In this document: positions 13,012-26,375 of the stretch, in pieces
Layout: every line of letters starts with the position of its first letter
How positions within the stretch are numbered: position 1 is the stretch's first letter
Source: Hamiltosporidium tvaerminnensis FI-OER-3-3
Lineage: Eukaryota; Fungi; Microsporidia
Reading direction: 5' to 3'
DNA: 64,000 nucleotides
Assembly: GCA_022605425.2 (NCBI GenBank)
Contig: CM061248.1
Coordinates: 1,240,001-1,304,000 of the forward strand
Notes under the pieces: model-generated
Database searches by the model: none
What the model was told of the DNA's origin: nothing
What the model saw: the letters and a program-made list of their open reading frames with translations, nothing else
Translations under genes and position numbers: made by a program

Positions 13012-15347
13012 TTAATGATAGTTAAATACGTGAGAAAAATAATATTCCCCCCTGGAAAAAACCCTACTTGTAAATTCAGTATATAAAAAATAAATTACTT
13101 CTTTGAAATCTGGATCGATGAAATTCTCACTATCGGAATCACATGATAGGTCTGTCAATAACATAAAATGTAATTTTGTTAAATACAAATAGGATTTGTT
13201 GACAAAATTGCAATTATAAAAATACAACTCTTTTAAATTAGTAAGATTCTTTAAAAATATCATATCTCCGATTTTAATATTTATATTTTTCAATCCTACC
13301 GCAGAAAGTTTATATTCGATGTAGGGTTTAAAGTTCATGAAAGGATATTTTTTTAAATGTACAATCATTGATTTGTAGGTCAAGAACCTCTACAAATTTT
13401 TTTAATACACCACGATTACATTCATTGAAACATGAATGCTCTATACGTAAAGATAGAAGATCATTAGAAACAAATTTTAAAAATAAATTTTCGAACTTTT
13501 GCAAAATTTTAAAATTCAAGATCAACGATTCCATAACAATAAAACAACTAATGATGTAAAGGGGGTTCGAAAATCCAGAATCGACTATAATATGAAGTTT
13601 TTTTATGATCTTTTTGGGAGCTGAAATATTTTTAATGTTTTGAGATAAAAGTACACCATCATAAAGTTTTATAATCAAAGTCTAGAGATGTCTAGTTAAA
13701 GTTATTAGCCCTAGAAAGCTATTTTGAAATGCAATTCTATTACTGATAAATTCAATTTGCAAGATAGAAGTATTATAATCGATTTCTACTTCAGTTTGTT
13801 CAAATTTGATTTCGGTATTATAAAATTCTAGTTTTTTAAGAAAATTTAATTTTAGAATTTTCTTCAAACCAGAAATATTAACACAAGAATCAAATAATTT
13901 CATTTTATCTATCTTTAAAATTCTGAATATTTTCAAAGAATCGAAAATATTTAGTCTTAGATTTTTTATTTTTAAATATGTAATTTCAACGAGTTTATCA
14001 TTTAAATTTATTCCATGTATGCTATAAAAAAAATATATATGCCTGGTTGGAAGATAGATTTCTAATTTTGTATTTGAAACATTGTATGATGAAAGCAACG
14101 AATAATATTTCCTTTAATTAACCTTATATTCTTTTTTACGATCTTCTTGTAAATTTTCCGTTGTTGATAACCCAGAAATGTCTATTTCCTTCTCAGTCGC
14201 AAACTTAAGAATTTCTGTAAATTCAGCAGACATCAAAGTATCGATTACTTTACTTTCACGTTCAAAAATTATTAAATTTTTTAAATTCACCAAATCGATA
14301 GGTATGAATTCAATATCATCATATAGTTTAAGTTCAAATATAAAAATGTATTTGATCTTCTTAAAATCAGCATTCGTTTAAAAAAACGATCAATGAATTG
14401 TTAGATGAACCAAAATTAAAAATAACAGTTTCTATCAAGTCAACTAAAAGACTTAGAAAGAATTTTAGAACTGGAAAATAAGCCACCTTGGAATAACATA
14501 TTTCGACTATTTTGTAATTCAAAATATAAAAAATCAGTGAAATCATATTATTTTGAATTATTTTGGACCTAGTTTGATATAAATGAGCAAAAAATGAATA
14601 TTCTCCTATATACAAACAATTACAATCTATATTTTCAAACCTTTCTAAGATGCATTTAGGCAAATTATAATTGCCAAAATGGCTTGTTGGCAGAAATATT
14701 CCAAATTCATATCTATAAAAAATACTTCAGTTAATGTTTTAAAAACAAAAAATGAATATTTCTGTGGCAATAAATTTTTAGAAAAATTCCAACCAATTCT
14801 TCTTTGAAACCAAAAGAATACATATTTTTAGAATTCAATAAGGTAATTGACAGTACGTGTATTATTCTAGCTAATTTTTGATCAAATTCAATATTCATAG
14901 CCTCAAATAAATGTAAAAAGTTTAAAAAATCTTTTACTGATAGATTTTTTGGAGGTAAATAATGAGAGAACAAGAACAATTCAAACATTCTGATGGTACA
15001 CTCTTCTACTATGTGGATATTATCTAAGTTATCATCATTTGGAATTTCTTTATTGCCTTTGCTCCTTTAAAATTTAATGGAAATTTTTTAATATTAAAAA
15101 TTGTCAATTTAATGAAATCTTTAAAGTATAAAAAACAGAATGATGCTTCTGAATCATCTCTGTAGTGATCTTCTTTTGTATTAAACTCTATTTTCTTGGA
15201 TTTCACATTAAAAACTGAAATAGCTGCGAAGTTATTGTGCTCAGTTGCATTATATGCACTACTTAATCGATGAAATATTATTTTCCTTTCTATTGGAAAA
15301 CAATAATATACCTCTAAGTATAGAATAAGTGTGTAAAAATTGTACAT
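13012..15347 (-). pseudogene. Decayed leucine-rich-repeat family gene (family 2)
   Basis: Six collinear ORF fragments paralogous to 34374-36723 (DFI.LTIF.IKKFPLNFK, FELFL...YLP, ISLI.YILNYK.VEI, LTNLKELYFYNCNF). Confidence 0.8.
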
Positions 15348-15989
15348 CTTGTTTTTTTAAAATTATTATTTCTTATAGATATCCACCACATTTTTTACGT
15401 TTTTCTATCTAATTTTATATTTAAGAACATAAACAAAATTGATTTCGAATTTTTAACCTAGAACTATAAAAAGTACGTTCTGATTCTTGAAGAAGCAAAT
15501 ATTTTACAAAAGTTCTATTTAGAACTATTATTCTTAAATTGTTGCATACGTTACTCGACTTTTACAAAAAGTAAAAGTTATCGTTTTCTGTAATTATGCC
15601 ACTGGTTATAAAATTTAATTTATATTTCCAAAAATTTCCTAATAAATTTGTTATATGTTTTAAATTGGTTATTTTTGGTAAATATTCGTGTTTAAATAAT
15701 GTATACATATTGCTAGACAAATTTGTAAAATTTTAGTTTGTCTTTAACATATAATAGTCATTAATTCCGAAGAAACCAATTTAATTTTACATTCCGCATA
15801 TAAAATCCCGAATGCCAGATTTATTTTGTAATATTTATTTTCTGCGCTATATTTTCATCTTTCTAGATTAGCATTTTCAACTTCTCTGAAACTTTTTAGC
15901 GGAATATTTATTGATGTTTCATATTTAACTTCATAGCTACCTTTGAGAGCGTTCAAAATATATTTTCCAAACTTTTTATTACTATTAGA

Positions 15990-16206
15990 GAGTGGATAAC
16001 CACGCAAAAACTTTCTGCTTGGCCGCAAATATCTAGAGTTGACGGAAAATCATTGTATATATTTTAATAGATCTAGACCACTTTAGATCTATAAGTCGAT
16101 CCTATTATAATCCAGAATTAGAAAAGTCTAAAAGAACAAATAGAAAACGAACATTTTTTCATACCCAATACCGAGAGATATAAGAGGACTAGAATAAGTA
16201 AGTAGG
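15990..16206 (+). repeat. Short (~215 bp) variant of the dispersed family (copy G)
   Basis: GTGGATAACCACGCAAAAACTTTCTGCTTGGC is near-identical to the head of 29521/47313. Tail CCGAGAGATATAAGAGGACTAGAATAAGTAAGTA is shared with 2691-2908. Confidence 0.65.
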
Positions 16207-17354
16207 TAACTTTTCAATTAACATATTTTTCAGCTTTTATTTCACATTATTTTTAATATGAAGTAAATTTGGCTCGTTATTTCATTTTTACTCATTAAGT
16301 TTACTATCTATTCTTATCGCATTTCATATTTTTTGCTTTGTATTATTCGTATGAAGATATTATTTGCCCGATAAATAGTTTCCCTACTCGGAATGATGTA
16401 ATTTGGATTAAATAATTATATAAATTCTCTACATCTTTTTTACAATAATTTAAGTCGAATGAAATCCCGTGATATAATTTTAATATAATGTTAAAATTAA
16501 ACCATTGGATGTTATAAATAAATTTTTCAAAAAAATGGCTGTTAAGTTTAACTTTAGATTACTTTTATTAAAACGCCAGTAAAAATGCTTAGAATAACCT
16601 CAAAACCGTGTGATAAAACTTAAAATTTTCTAGAATTTGAATAAAACTTTAATAGAGCAATAAAAATTACATAGGCTATTTTACAATTTACTAAAAAAAC
16701 GATTTTAACAATAATTTTAGGTTATGTCGGTTTGACCCTAATAAAAATCCGGATGAATTTTGTTCTGCATCTGCTTTTGGGTTTTTATTGTCCTATAATT
16801 TTGAACAAAAAAAACAAATCGTATGAAGTAATATTTGTAATCAAAACTATTATTGGTGCCTCGCATCTGTGAACCATTAAAAATTTCGAGATACATTGTC
16901 ACAGGTGTCGCCATCGAGAAATTTCTCGATTATAGAATAAATTAAATATATGAATAAATAAAACGTTCAAATATTAAAAAGATCACATAATACATTTTAT
17001 CATTTCTTGTTTTTAATCTGTAATTTTTTTTAAAATTATGGTTTTACATATTTTGTGAGTCCGATTTGAACGATTTTATTATTTAAAAAAATCTTAAGCC
17101 ATGAAAAATAAAATGATTTATTATAATTAGTTTATATCTACATGTACAGATATAAAAAATATATTTCTTAGATTTTAAACTTATAAAAGTAAAAAATCTA
17201 AAACAAAAAGTCTATATTTTGAATCAGAAAAATATTAAGCTGAAATTTCCATATAAAATCTTATTAAATAACTAAAAAGACACCATTAATGTTTTATAAA
17301 TCTGTTTTTTTAATTATTAATTTATTTAAATAGAAAAGCATATATTACAAGTCA

Positions 17355-18083
17355 TCTATATATATAAAAATGAATGTATGCGTAAATGAGTGTGTGTGTT
17401 TAAATACTGTAAATATAGGGGTATTGTTTTAATTATAAAGGTATATTAACTAAATGGTTAATTATGGGATTTTTATTAAAAGGTGTTAATATATAGTGTA
17501 GTATGTTAAAGTGTGTTAATATATAGCGTACTAGGTTAAAGGGTGTTAATATATAGCGTAGTATATTAAAGGGTGTTTGCAAATTTATATTAAGTTAACC
17601 GGTTTTTAAATAGATTTTTGTATATTAAAGGGTTTAGTGATAAGGGAATTAGGATAAATTTTATGTTAATATGTAATGGAGTAAAGAGTGATAATAATAT
17701 ACAAGTATTATTTAACAGGGTATTTACTGTTACCAAACATATTAACGGTTCCAACAGAAAAGCCATTTAAAGGTGTAAGTTTCTTTACGATTCACCCTTA
17801 GAAAGACAAAAAAACCCACAAGAGTAAACGCTGCCTTATGTAGAATATATTTGGTAGAAACACGCTTTTCACATGACAACCTCATATACCCACTTCTTTC
17901 GTATAAATCTCTTCCGATTTTTTCGTTTAGACATCAGAACAAAATCAAAGGATATTAATGTTCAAAAGTTTCGAAAAAATAAATAAATACTATTCAAACT
18001 AATAAAACAATGTGTTAATTGTTTATATTTTACTTCAATCTAGTTTCTTTTATTATCACTGAAACGCGTGGCGGATAAGCTAT
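17355..18083 (+). mobile_element. Non-autonomous, internally deleted Helitron relic
   Basis: 5' A|TCTATATATATAAAAATGAATGTATG. Internal GGTGTTAATATA minisatellite. Decayed PIF1 C-terminus at ~17765-17975 homologous to 27418-27640. GC-rich subterminal tract then CTAT|T (degenerate CTAG). Confidence 0.7.
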
Positions 18084-20418
18084 TTTATGAATAAAACTTA
18101 AATTTTATCTGTTTTATGTATTTAAAACCGATTTTTGGGATGTTTGTAATTACTTATTATCTCATTTCTCTTTTAATCAGTTGTAACTTTGAATTATATG
18201 AAATCGCCTATAGATTCGGTGTGTTTCCTATTTCACCAAAATAAAAGCCTTGAATTTCAAACTAATTCTATGCACTCGTTACAAAACAGATGGTTTTTAA
18301 AGTGATTATTCTCTCTCAACAGTGAGATTTTTGTAGAAAAATAAAAAAAAACTTCAAATTCGTATCCTATATTTAATTCAAGAAATAAATATACAAACGT
18401 GTCATTTGTTACTATTCTTTCATTAAGATATTTAAGTTATTCCCTTTATGAAATCGTGATCTTTGGCTTATAAAACAAAATATTATTAATTTATTATAGA
18501 TTTATCTCACATAATCTATCTTTATTTGAATTTTTTTTTTCAAAACCCTAAGACAAGCTTAAAAATATACCTTTTGAATTTTCTTAGATTTTTAATTTAT
18601 AAATATATAAATTCATCCCATAAAAAATACTTGTTGAAATCAGCATCAAAAAATTAATTAATTTTGGTTTTTTAACTACTATTTCACCAGAATTTATTTT
18701 AAAATTAACTTAGCAACATATTATCTTAAATTTGTTTAAAATCTCGGGAATTACTTTTACATAATCTATTCAATGGCAATAAGGAATATTAAATTATTAA
18801 ATACTACTGCTAAATGGCGCTATCACTTTTAAAGAGCCTGTGTTTCATTATCTTTTTTTCTCCATTATTCTCTATATTACGCCTTTTCCTTCTACTGACT
18901 CACATTAATCCTTATTATGTCATTTTCTACAGGATCTATCCATAATTTCCATGGTCTACCTTTTGTTATTTTTTCATTTGGTTTATATATATGGCCTTAG
19001 TTTGCCTCTCGATCAGGGAAAATTCTTATAAAATGTTCTAATCATAAAAAATTGTTTATCTCTGATTTTAAAAAATATGATTAAAGTTGATACTGCTGTT
19101 TTTGGAATTTAAAATACGGTTTTTCTGAGATATATATACAATCTTCATGATTAAATAAACCCTCTTCTGCTGAATTACGGTCACAGATGGTATTTACGCC
19201 ATATAGCGAACATAACTCTTGAATAATCTAATTATTCTGGATTTTAATGAAAACTATAGAATAGGTCAAGCATTCCTAAAAGCGAGTTAAAATGGTTAAC
19301 TATAATAAACAATATTATAAGAACACAATAAAAGGCATTTAAAGTTCTGTAGTGAAAAATAACCAATAAAAATATTTTAAAAAACTTAAATCACTTTAAA
19401 GAATATAATTGTCTCTTTCATGCTATATTGCATCTCTTTTATCTAAATTAATACCTAGAAATTCTTAATAGATATATATTATTGCAAGAATTGGAATTTT
19501 CAATCTGAAGTTCAAGTTTCTCAATGTTTATTCCTTAAAATATATAAATTACTACTTTTTTCTCACATACAAAGTCAACTAAATATATAATACAATTGTA
19601 TAGATACTGTATAAATTTGATTAAAATTAAAAAAAATCAACGAAAATAAGATTTACTTTTATAACAGAAATACTTAAATTAAAAGCCAACGTCGTTCTTC
19701 ATGACTTAAATTATATAAGAATAATTACATAATAATAGAAAAACCGAAATGTTTCTACACTTTTATTTTTAATCTTAATGAATATTAATTTATCTTATTT
19801 TCTATAATTTTCTTGAATATGCTCAAATCTATTTAATATATTTTTCAAAATGTCTTTTTAAATAGTCATAAATCATATTTTTTGTGTAAAATTTAGTTAA
19901 AAAGAAGTATTAGTTTTTCCATTTTTTATTTAATATAATTAGTGTTTTTAGATATACCAATCTATTAGTAAAATATAAATTTCAAAATTTAAAAAAAATT
20001 TCCTGAATTAAAATATTAAATCAATCTTTTAATTGCTTTATTTAGTATTTAACAGAAATTATTTTATAAAATTTAATTTTCTAAAAACAGTTTATTTTGT
20101 TTGAAAAAATAGTTTAAATATAAAAAAATCAAATTTTTAAAAAAAATAACGAATTGAATACTTTAATTTGAAATACAAAAAACAAAAATTTAACTTATAT
20201 TGGTTATAAAAATAATATAATCAACAGATGCATTTACTTAATATGTGATTTGATAAATTAAAGCTATAAATTACTTAAAAAGGTATATTTGTTTTTATCT
20301 AATTTTTTTCTGTAATTGAACCAATCATAATGCAATAATCTTATTTAAGATATAAATTTTAGCTTATTTAAATTTTAAAGTTTTTTTTATATATAAAAGG
20401 CAATTCGGTTTGATTCCC

Positions 20419-23400
20419 ATGAAGAAAACATTTATTTTTTACTTTCTATTTTTAAAGATTGAACGTTTTATTCATTGCTTTGCTGATCCAGAAAATATAA
20501 TCTTTCCAATTGGAGATCTTACTGATGAAGAATATTTGAGTGAATTCAATCATCACAATAAATCAATTCTATGGTATTCTGTTGTTCCTACTAAAAACAT
20601 TAAAAACATGCTTTTTTATATCAAAAGTGAAGATAGAGATGTTTATTATTCCATTATACGAATCCTTTTTATGAGAAATGATGTGAATTGTAGATATATA
20701 GATGTATTATTGGTATCATATATTTTAAAGATATCATTTCTTCAAAAATGTAATGAAAACGCTAATAATGAAACATTTAACTCGGAGACTACAAAAAATT
20801 CTTTTTTGCCCATCGAAAAGAATAAATATGTGATAATGAACTATGAAAAATATGTTGAAGTTGAAATTTGCTTTTTAACTTACAGAAGAACATTGGAAAA
20901 TAGTACATCTGATTTTTATGATTTTAAAAGGGAAAAAATATGTAAATATAATTTTAGAAAATCCATGTTGTGGTTTTTGAAAAATAATATTGATTATATT
21001 TTAAATGATAAAAAAATTTCTGAAATTTTGAGTCAAGATATATTTTTAGCAATTTATGATTGCATTTTTTTTATCGTAATGAAAAATAATGAAAATGGTT
21101 TAAAAACATTCAATGAGGATTCATTGCATGGGAAAATTATAACTGATAAACATATTAAAAATTTTATAGCAAGAAATGTAAATATCAGAGAATTTCTGGA
21201 TGATTTACAAAAAAAATTGAATGATACGAATATTATAAAATCCGATGATATTCCAAGAAATTATATTGAGACAATTTTTTTAATGAACGAATCTTATGAT
21301 ATTGATATTTCTCGAATAAAGGAAGGGCGATGTTTTCTCGCTATTTTAAATGCCGCAAGTGGTTTACATGAATCGGAAAATTTTCCTTTAATGGATACTT
21401 TAAAAATATATTTGATAAAAATATACAACGAAATTTTAGATCAGAGATTATTATATTTGAACACGACAAATGCTGAATACATTCAGTCTAAATGTTGGTC
21501 CAGGCTCGAAGGGGAAAAGATTTTAAAGCAAAAAGACGATTTGAGTTCAGAAAATTTAGAATTTATTAAAATTATAGAGAGTACGTTCAAAATATTCAAT
21601 AAATTCTTAATAAAATACAATATTTGCCATAATATATACCAAGATACTGTTTTAAAGCCGGAAATTATCAATTCATACGTGATATTGAAGTCGTTTTTTT
21701 TAAATTCACTTCAAAATTATGAAAAAACGGCTGAAGAACTGAAAAATTCACATTCTAAGAAATATTTAGATGTTATTATTGATTTTGTAAATAATTTTAC
21801 TGGTGAATCTGGCTTAAAACTGAAATTGGAATGTGAAGAAATATTTTTAATATCATTAAAAACACTAGTCTGTCTTTACAATTCAAAGAAGGAAATCAAA
21901 TTTTTTGATAGTAAAGAAATTACAAGATTAATGACGTTTTATAATACTGTTAAAATAAAAAATATTTCAGATTCGCAAGAAATCGAGAATATGATAAAAC
22001 AGATAAACAAGAAAATAGATTTAAGCAAACGAGAAAAATTCAAATCCAATTCAGAAGAATTCATGGCTTGTATGTTTATAGAAAATATTCTAACAAAATT
22101 TTTAGAATATTTGAACAGTTCGAATATCAAACAATCTAAAAATCATATAAATGATTGCCGAGAATCCGCTTCATTGAATTTCTCTAATATAAATCAAAAG
22201 AAAATGTTAAAAGCTTCTTTTTTAAAAAATGATATCAATTACTCTGACAAGATGCATCAGGGAGGCATCAACTCGAGTAATATAAATCAAAATATGATTA
22301 AAGTCTATGGAAATAGTATCGAAATGTTAAATGATAATTTTGATGGAGGTCCAATATCTCGTACATTATTTAAGTCTACTAGCTACATCGAACCAGAATT
22401 GAATGTTTGGAAAGAAAAGAGAAACGAAGACATGGATACATTATCAAATATTACTAATAATGGTGCAATAGATATGGAAATATCGATGGCATCTGAAAAA
22501 GATTTAATTTTTATCAAGCAGAAGTATTTACCATGTAAATTTATATATACAAATAGATTTAGCCTGAGAAATTCCAATGCTGGCAATTTTTCTAGGGAAG
22601 AAAATAATATTTTGTTTTCAACTGAATTTAAATGCACACTTATAGATTTTGTTTTTCTCTCTTCAGAAAACTCAGTTGCAAAAGAAACTGAAATTATTTT
22701 TGAAAATCAATGGCGGAGATACTTTGAAAAGAAAATTAAAGAAACAACACAAAGAATATTTAAAATATCTAAAACATGTGATTTGAGCAGACAACAGACC
22801 GAAGGATATATTTTTGAATATGAAATCGATGCAGATTATTTTAATTTTGATTTTCAAAGATCTAAAGGGGAAAGTATAATCGAAATTACTGACACAAATC
22901 TCAGTGATTATTCTGCAAACATTTTTGATTTTAAAAATGCGATTGACTTAAAGGTATTAGAAGTAATTAAATTGATTGAAACAGCAATTGATGAATTTTT
23001 TGAAGATTTGGAACATTTTACAATCATAGAACTAGTTGAATTTATCAAGAAGTACTATGTAAAGATGGGCTATTCGATCCAAGATTCGAATAAATCTGTG
23101 TCCTTTTATACAGATTCCAATATTGAAAGTACAGTATTGGGGTTAGAAAATGGAAGCCTCACCATTTCCGATAGCGAATATAATATGTCTAATCATCTTG
23201 AGTCTAATCTGTATCAGACTATATTTTCAAACAAAGAATCGGAGTTTATGGCTAAAGATGTTGATAAAAGTAGCCCCTATGATAAATTTACCTCGGATAA
23301 AATTTCAAATATACTAGAAAGATCCCCAGCATTGTTCCATGATTCTAAAAATAGTCAAGACTTTTTTTGTTTGACTAGTACCCAAAACCAAAATGTAAAG

Positions 23401-24942
23401 TTTGCTAAATTCGAATTCAAAGACTGTTCATCCATCGAAGATTCCGAAAATGAAAATTCGTTTTTTGAACTTTGCAATTTAAAAAGTAATAGTATTTACA
23501 ATTCTGGAACCACTTCTAAGAATGATCAAGCAGAGATAATATCAAATAGAAATACCGAAAATTTTCTGCGCACTCATAACAGTATAAATACCGAAAAACA
23601 AATAGAATCTTCTATCAATAATAATATATCTTTGAATGCTGGAAAAATCAATACGAAATCAATGCACGATCTAAATGGTAAAGAGTCCAGTGATCACACT
23701 ATCTATACAACACCGGACAAAGATGTTTTGGTAAGTAAAAATTTTCTCATTTCGCATTCTAATTTCGATAAAAAATCAAATTTACCGAATGATAAGGATC
23801 TGAATCGGTATTCGAAAAGAAATTTATCTCATATGGAAGAACGTTCAGACTTAAAAAACGGTAATTATGGCAAAAATAGAACATCAAGTAGATTTTATAA
23901 TAACATATTGAATCATAAAAAACAATCCAAACGAAAATGGGAAGGAAATAAAACCCATACATCAAATGGTTCTGAAATATCTGTTTTTTCTCTTGAAAAT
24001 CATGGTTTAAATTTGAACGGTACTAACACTTTGGAAAGACAAAAAGATATTATTCACCCGCAAGATGTTGATTTTTTAAATTTTAATGGAACAAACGATT
24101 TGGGTGGAATGGATGACAATTTTGAATCGGTAAGTAATACTTCTTCAATTTCAAATCGAGCAAACAGTTCGGAAATAGATGACAATATTTCTCTTAAAGA
24201 AGATAAAAATTTAGGAAGTTATAAGCCAAATAGACTCCTCAAAACCTCTCGTTTTTCACGTAAAAATGTGAACATAGAAAATCACTTTGAAAGCACAAAT
24301 GTTATTGAAGAGACTACTAATCGTGAATTTCATGATAACAATGATTTTAGTGATTCGGAAATCGACAATAATTTACTATCGAGAATCAATATTTCTGGTT
24401 TTAATAAATCTGATTTATCAAGGGATTCTGCAAATGAATACATTGCTAGTAGGGAAAAAACATTGCGATCATTTAGAAATATGCATGATGGTAATAAATA
24501 TAGTAAGCGGTCTGAAAATTCTAAAGAGAATCATAGTTCAAGTGATTGTTATGCTTCTTCTATATATTCCAATTACACGAGCTATAGAGAAGAGTTTGAG
24601 AATAACAATACCAGAAATAATGCTCATGTTCCAAATAGAAAATTACCTTCGAGAAAGTTAAGTCAAAGATTTAAAATATCCAATAAAATCACCAATATTC
24701 CTCATAAGGGCTTGAATACTTTGAAAAAAAAGAGGCGTAGATATGAAAATAAAACAAATTCATATTCAAGTTTGGAAGCGGATAGAGACAGCTCCAAAGT
24801 ATTTCGTGAAGCTTTAAATGTTGAAAAGGTTAGAAACAGAAACAAAAAACTCCTGCATATTTTATATTTTATAAACAACATGCTGTTTATTGCATTGATT
24901 TTGACGCTTTTTTGGTATTTTTTTATTAAAGAAAAAATATAA
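20419..24942 (+). CDS. Large (1507 aa) hypothetical membrane-anchored protein: N-terminal signal-like sequence, long Ser/Asn-rich low-complexity region, C-terminal transmembrane helix
   Basis: 4.5-kb uninterrupted ORF in very AT-rich DNA. CCC directly before ATG 20419. MKKTFIFYFLFL N-terminus and ILYFINNMLFIALILTLFWYFFI C-terminus. Confidence 0.85.
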   Translation: MKKTFIFYFLFLKIERFIHCFADPENIIFPIGDLTDEEYLSEFNHHNKSILWYSVVPTKNIKNMLFYIKSEDRDVYYSIIRILFMRNDVNCRYIDVLLVSYILKISFLQKCNENANNETFNSETTKNSFLPIEKNKYVIMNYEKYVEVEICFLTYRRTLENSTSDFYDFKREKICKYNFRKSMLWFLKNNIDYILNDKKISEILSQDIFLAIYDCIFFIVMKNNENGLKTFNEDSLHGKIITDKHIKNFIARNVNIREFLDDLQKKLNDTNIIKSDDIPRNYIETIFLMNESYDIDISRIKEGRCFLAILNAASGLHESENFPLMDTLKIYLIKIYNEILDQRLLYLNTTNAEYIQSKCWSRLEGEKILKQKDDLSSENLEFIKIIESTFKIFNKFLIKYNICHNIYQDTVLKPEIINSYVILKSFFLNSLQNYEKTAEELKNSHSKKYLDVIIDFVNNFTGESGLKLKLECEEIFLISLKTLVCLYNSKKEIKFFDSKEITRLMTFYNTVKIKNISDSQEIENMIKQINKKIDLSKREKFKSNSEEFMACMFIENILTKFLEYLNSSNIKQSKNHINDCRESASLNFSNINQKKMLKASFLKNDINYSDKMHQGGINSSNINQNMIKVYGNSIEMLNDNFDGGPISRTLFKSTSYIEPELNVWKEKRNEDMDTLSNITNNGAIDMEISMASEKDLIFIKQKYLPCKFIYTNRFSLRNSNAGNFSREENNILFSTEFKCTLIDFVFLSSENSVAKETEIIFENQWRRYFEKKIKETTQRIFKISKTCDLSRQQTEGYIFEYEIDADYFNFDFQRSKGESIIEITDTNLSDYSANIFDFKNAIDLKVLEVIKLIETAIDEFFEDLEHFTIIELVEFIKKYYVKMGYSIQDSNKSVSFYTDSNIESTVLGLENGSLTISDSEYNMSNHLESNLYQTIFSNKESEFMAKDVDKSSPYDKFTSDKISNILERSPALFHDSKNSQDFFCLTSTQNQNVKFAKFEFKDCSSIEDSENENSFFELCNLKSNSIYNSGTTSKNDQAEIISNRNTENFLRTHNSINTEKQIESSINNNISLNAGKINTKSMHDLNGKESSDHTIYTTPDKDVLVSKNFLISHSNFDKKSNLPNDKDLNRYSKRNLSHMEERSDLKNGNYGKNRTSSRFYNNILNHKKQSKRKWEGNKTHTSNGSEISVFSLENHGLNLNGTNTLERQKDIIHPQDVDFLNFNGTNDLGGMDDNFESVSNTSSISNRANSSEIDDNISLKEDKNLGSYKPNRLLKTSRFSRKNVNIENHFESTNVIEETTNREFHDNNDFSDSEIDNNLLSRINISGFNKSDLSRDSANEYIASREKTLRSFRNMHDGNKYSKRSENSKENHSSSDCYASSIYSNYTSYREEFENNNTRNNAHVPNRKLPSRKLSQRFKISNKITNIPHKGLNTLKKKRRRYENKTNSYSSLEADRDSSKVFREALNVEKVRNRNKKLLHILYFINNMLFIALILTLFWYFFIKEKI

Positions 24943-25445
24943 TCTTTATTTTTCATTTTTTAGCTTTGATTTTTTGTAGTATGCGTTTATTTTAAAGTTG
25001 TATGTTATAATCAACTCTTATATACTTTAACTATATCTCTAAAACCTAAATTTAGCTTCAGAATTATATATCTAAATTAGTTTTTTTGTTAAATTAATGG
25101 GTATATCAATTTTATGTTTTTTATTTACTTTTGATGGTTTTGATAGATATCTAATTTTTATGGTTTTATGAGGGCAAATGTTAGCTTTGGAAATATACAT
25201 CGATTTAAACCCTTCAAAAATAACATAATAGGAAAATATATTGGATTAGTTTTCTAAATTTATAAAACTTAAAATTCTTATTTGATACCAACTGGTTTAG
25301 TAAAAAAAATAAATTGTATTTTTCTCTATTAGCAAATCACATCTAAGACTTTCATTCTATAAACCGAATCAGTTATCTATAAGCATAAATAATTGGTTGA
25401 AATCAAATTTCTAAAATTTATAAATTTAAATACAGAAAAAAAAAT

Positions 25446-26171
25446 TGATTTAAAAATGTACATCTTTAAAAGCTGTGTCATATGTTGCATTTTTTTTCAT
25501 GGCATTAACACGGTTCTAGGTTTAACATAAGTAACCGCTTTCCAACACTCCACCGGTACCCCCTGAGATACCTCATCACAAAGAATTTCATCTAAAAAGG
25601 TTTTATAGCTCAATTAATAGGCGAGGCAGTTGCCCAGAGTTCTTAATCTTGGCGTCGGGTGTGTGATCGTAGGCTAGCTCGACACCGGACTCCTCCAAGA
25701 CTATGCAGCATTCCTCTTTACTCTAGACTTTTCGAACCGCATAAGACTTTAGGCGAGATATATCTCGGCGACCTACATGGATCAACCTAGACTTGCAATG
25801 TCATACCACAATATAAACTGCAACTTAACCTTCTTGGCTTTAAAGGGTTTGATTTTTGTATATCCAGGCGCATAGTATTCTAACTCGAATGAGCAAGGCC
25901 AAGTTTCACTGCTTTTACATGGCAATTACCTACATGTTCAGCAGCTGTCTACAATCTAACTACATAAAAAACTACAAATAAATCGTAGAAAAAGTTTCTC
26001 CATTTCTTAGACCTCTACTCCTCATAACAACTCCCATGGAACAACCGAAGATGTAGTGTGGTTTTATTCCCACCAAAAATCCAAACAATGACCTCACACC
26101 AGTTTCACACACTCATTGCCAAACAGAAAGTTTTTTAGGGGGTTATCCTCCCTCCACCATAAACACTCAAT
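25446..26171 (-). repeat. Full-length copy of the ~700-bp dispersed family (copy C)
   Basis: Reverse complement aligns end to end with 29521-30246. The first ~250 bp are near-identical and the 3' part is more diverged. Confidence 0.9.
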
Positions 26172-26375
26172 ACAAATATATTTTTATATTTAATAAATTA
26201 TCCTGGTAATTTTTTGAAATTTTGAATACAACTGATTGACTATTTCCAACTCACTTTAGCTCTTAAAAATCCCAGCCTTCCTTAGGATGTTCCTCAATTC
26301 GTTTAGAAATAAATTTTATAGAACTTTTTTTTGAAGAATTTCGTTTTTACCCCTTTTCGATATTTCTTTAAGATT

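Noticed and set aside
18800-19320. Slightly GC-richer tracts (also ~16700-16930 and ~32380-33700) as gene or transposon relics
   Set aside because: No ORF, motif or internal homology that I could support.
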